Shown one piece after another: positions 62,089 through 64,000 of a stretch of DNA of 64,000 bases. The DNA lies in sequence record NC_048054.1, one strand, 5' to 3'. Every line of letters begins with the position of its first letter. Position 1 is the first letter of the stretch. The notes beneath the pieces were generated by a model. It searched no databases and was not told the DNA's origin. It saw only the letters and a program-made list of their open reading frames with translations. Both the position numbers and the translations under genes were made by a program.

Positions 62089-64000
62089 TTACGCGATACC
62101 AGAACCTGGGTTCGATGAACCGTAGGTCAGTTTGAACGTGTACGCCAGATTATCGAACGGGAAGTCGTTACGATAGATAACGTAATCAACACCGTTGATA
62201 GTCACTTCGGCAGGACCAGCAAAGTTGAAGTCATCGAACTCCAACGCACCATCCCATGAACCAGCAAAGCCCTGTACGGACTCAACGAAGTAACCATAGC
62301 CAAGAGACTTAGGCCACGCAACGTAGAAGAACACGTTGTTCGTTGATGTACTGGTATTCGCAGGACAGTTCAGGAGCTGTTCCCCGCTCGTAGTCAGCGC
62401 AGTTTGCAGACCTTGCACGAATGCCGCGTCATAGCCAGCAGTAGACTTGATCTTAGAGTGAGAGCCGAAGCGAGCACCCAGGTCAGAAGACTGTTGTGGT
62501 TTGAGCGTAACGTCTTTGGTCGCAGTAACCGTCTTACCGTTCTTAACGTAAGTAACGGTGATAGTCACCACAGCATCAGCAGTAACGGCGTCAGACTTCA
62601 ACGAACCACCAGTGACGCTCAGACCAGTTGCCGTACCAGACTTCACGGCCACTGACCACGTCGTACCGCTATCAGTCGTAACATCAGGCGTGGTGCCATC
62701 AGACAGAGTAGCAGTCGCAGTGTATGCAGTAGTCACACCACCAATGATTGAAGCTGGACCAGTGATAGTCACAGAGTCAGGAGTCGGTGGAGCTGGCGTG
62801 TTCGTTACGGTCAGCGTCGCGGTCTGCGCTTGGCTGTTATACGAAGCAGTACCAGTGATAACTGCGGTCTGAGTAGTGCTCACAGTGTTACCTGTGATGG
62901 TGTTGTTACCGTTGAACGTGAAGCCTGTAGTGGAACCAGAGCTACGCGTAACAACAGGCGTCAGGTCAACCGTCGTGTTATCAGAGAACGTCAGGCGGAG
63001 AATGTAGGTACCAGTCTCACCTTTGTTCACAGCAGTAGGACCAATCAGTTCACGATTAGTGATCGTTGCTGCCTGATTGATAAGCTGAATCACTTTCTCT
63101 GGTGCATACGTCTGGCCATCAACCGTGACGTTAGCAGCACGAAGCGTAGCAGTCTGGTTCTGGCTAATCGAGTTAGCAGGTACGGTCAGCTTCACACGAG
63201 TTGAAGTAGAACCGACAGACATAGTTGCATACGCAGCGCCCTGAGGCAGTGACCACGTTGGCAGTGACGGGTATTCGTTCGTCGCACCAGACAGACGAGT
63301 AACACGAACGAGATAGTCACCAGATACCGTACCCTCAGTGATAGAGTCATCCCCGATGATTTCCACTTTGCTCACATCGTCAGTTGGACCAACAACGGAG
63401 AACTGCACGTTACCAGTTTTGGTAACAGAACCAACAGTCGCAGCAACGTTAAGCTGGAAGGTCAGTGTGCCATAGAAACCTGTGAGTGGTGCTTTGGTAC
63501 GAATACGCCAGCCAGTAGTGCCACCAGCAACGATCTCAAAGTAAGTCTGAGCCGCAGATGACAGCGTGTAAGACAGTTCACCACTAGTACCTTCACGAGT
63601 AGTAGAGTCGGAGAATGTCAGGATGCTATGCAGGTCACGCGTCACACCAGCTACAGTACCGAAGTCAAACACAGGCGATGGCGCTTGTGGCTGAACGGAC
63701 AGCAGGCTGATAACGATGACGTTTTTAACCAACACGGATTTCTGTGCGCTGCGACCATCGTAGGAAGCACGAATCAGAACAGTAGTGTCCTGAGTCACTT
63801 CACCAGCAGATAGCACACCGGTCTGTGCGATGCTTGCGATAGCGCTGCCCTGAATCACAGTCCACGTTGGGTTAGTTACCTGACGCTCTGTACTGTCGGA
63901 GAGAATTTCCCACGCGGTGTATTGCGAAGTGGTATTCTCATTCATCGAGTCGTTACCACGAACTTCCAGGGAGGTCACAGTCGGTGGATTACCAACGATA
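62089..64000 (-). CDS. Ig-like repeat virion protein, 5'-truncated by window end
   Basis: Frame stays open upstream of the 63978 GTG to position 63999 (IVGNPPT). Repeated IxGPxx..YxA..W Ig modules; C-terminus related to that of 14665..19200. Confidence 0.8.
   Translation of the reverse strand, partial: IVGNPPTVTSLEVRGNDSMNENTTSQYTAWEILSDSTERQVTNPTWTVIQGSAIASIAQTGVLSAGEVTQDTTVLIRASYDGRSAQKSVLVKNVIVISLLSVQPQAPSPVFDFGTVAGVTRDLHSILTFSDSTTREGTSGELSYTLSSAAQTYFEIVAGGTTGWRIRTKAPLTGFYGTLTFQLNVAATVGSVTKTGNVQFSVVGPTDDVSKVEIIGDDSITEGTVSGDYLVRVTRLSGATNEYPSLPTWSLPQGAAYATMSVGSTSTRVKLTVPANSISQNQTATLRAANVTVDGQTYAPEKVIQLINQAATITNRELIGPTAVNKGETGTYILRLTFSDNTTVDLTPVVTRSSGSTTGFTFNGNNTITGNTVSTTQTAVITGTASYNSQAQTATLTVTNTPAPPTPDSVTITGPASIIGGVTTAYTATATLSDGTTPDVTTDSGTTWSVAVKSGTATGLSVTGGSLKSDAVTADAVVTITVTYVKNGKTVTATKDVTLKPQQSSDLGARFGSHSKIKSTAGYDAAFVQGLQTALTTSGEQLLNCPANTSTSTNNVFFYVAWPKSLGYGYFVESVQGFAGSWDGALEFDDFNFAGPAEVTINGVDYVIYRNDFPFDNLAYTFKLTYGSSNPGSGIA

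Overview
This window is the virion-morphogenesis region of a jumbo myovirus, roughly 50% GC by eye. The gene content is reminiscent of the Erwinia/Dickeya 'hairy' jumbo phages of the Y3/Alexandra/AD1/JA11 type; that placement is from memory and was not verified by search. All convincing genes lie on the minus strand and are tightly coupled (ATGA, TAATG and TAA-N-ATG junctions). In transcription order (right to left) they are: Ig-repeat and paralogous fibre/surface proteins, a 1375-aa virion protein, acidic head proteins, NAD-dependent DNA ligase, a GT2-TPR glycosyltransferase, prohead protease, an HExxH protein, an acidic Zn-motif scaffold, decoration protein and major capsid protein. These are followed by neck, sheath and tube genes, hub chaperones, a tape measure with a muramidase domain, baseplate hub/spike, PC4, and a Nudix/MmcB/Tmk cassette. 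Next come a ~1.2-kb hairpin-rich, nearly ORF-free interval (candidate large ncRNA), PAAR, gp25-like, baseplate J-like and wedge proteins, four collagen-like fibre proteins (one ending in an intact Hint/intein domain), receptor-binding candidates, and a small membrane/periplasmic cluster. The best leads are the candidate large structured RNA with a duplicated covarying motif, the Hint-capped collagen fibre, and a possible phage-encoded collagen O-glycosylation system. Also notable are a register-conserved Cys in all four collagens, a candidate S-x-S head-maturation motif and a candidate GCTAATTT late promoter. A perfect 127-bp tandem duplication is most likely an assembly artefact. No tRNA, CRISPR array, integrase or transposase was seen.
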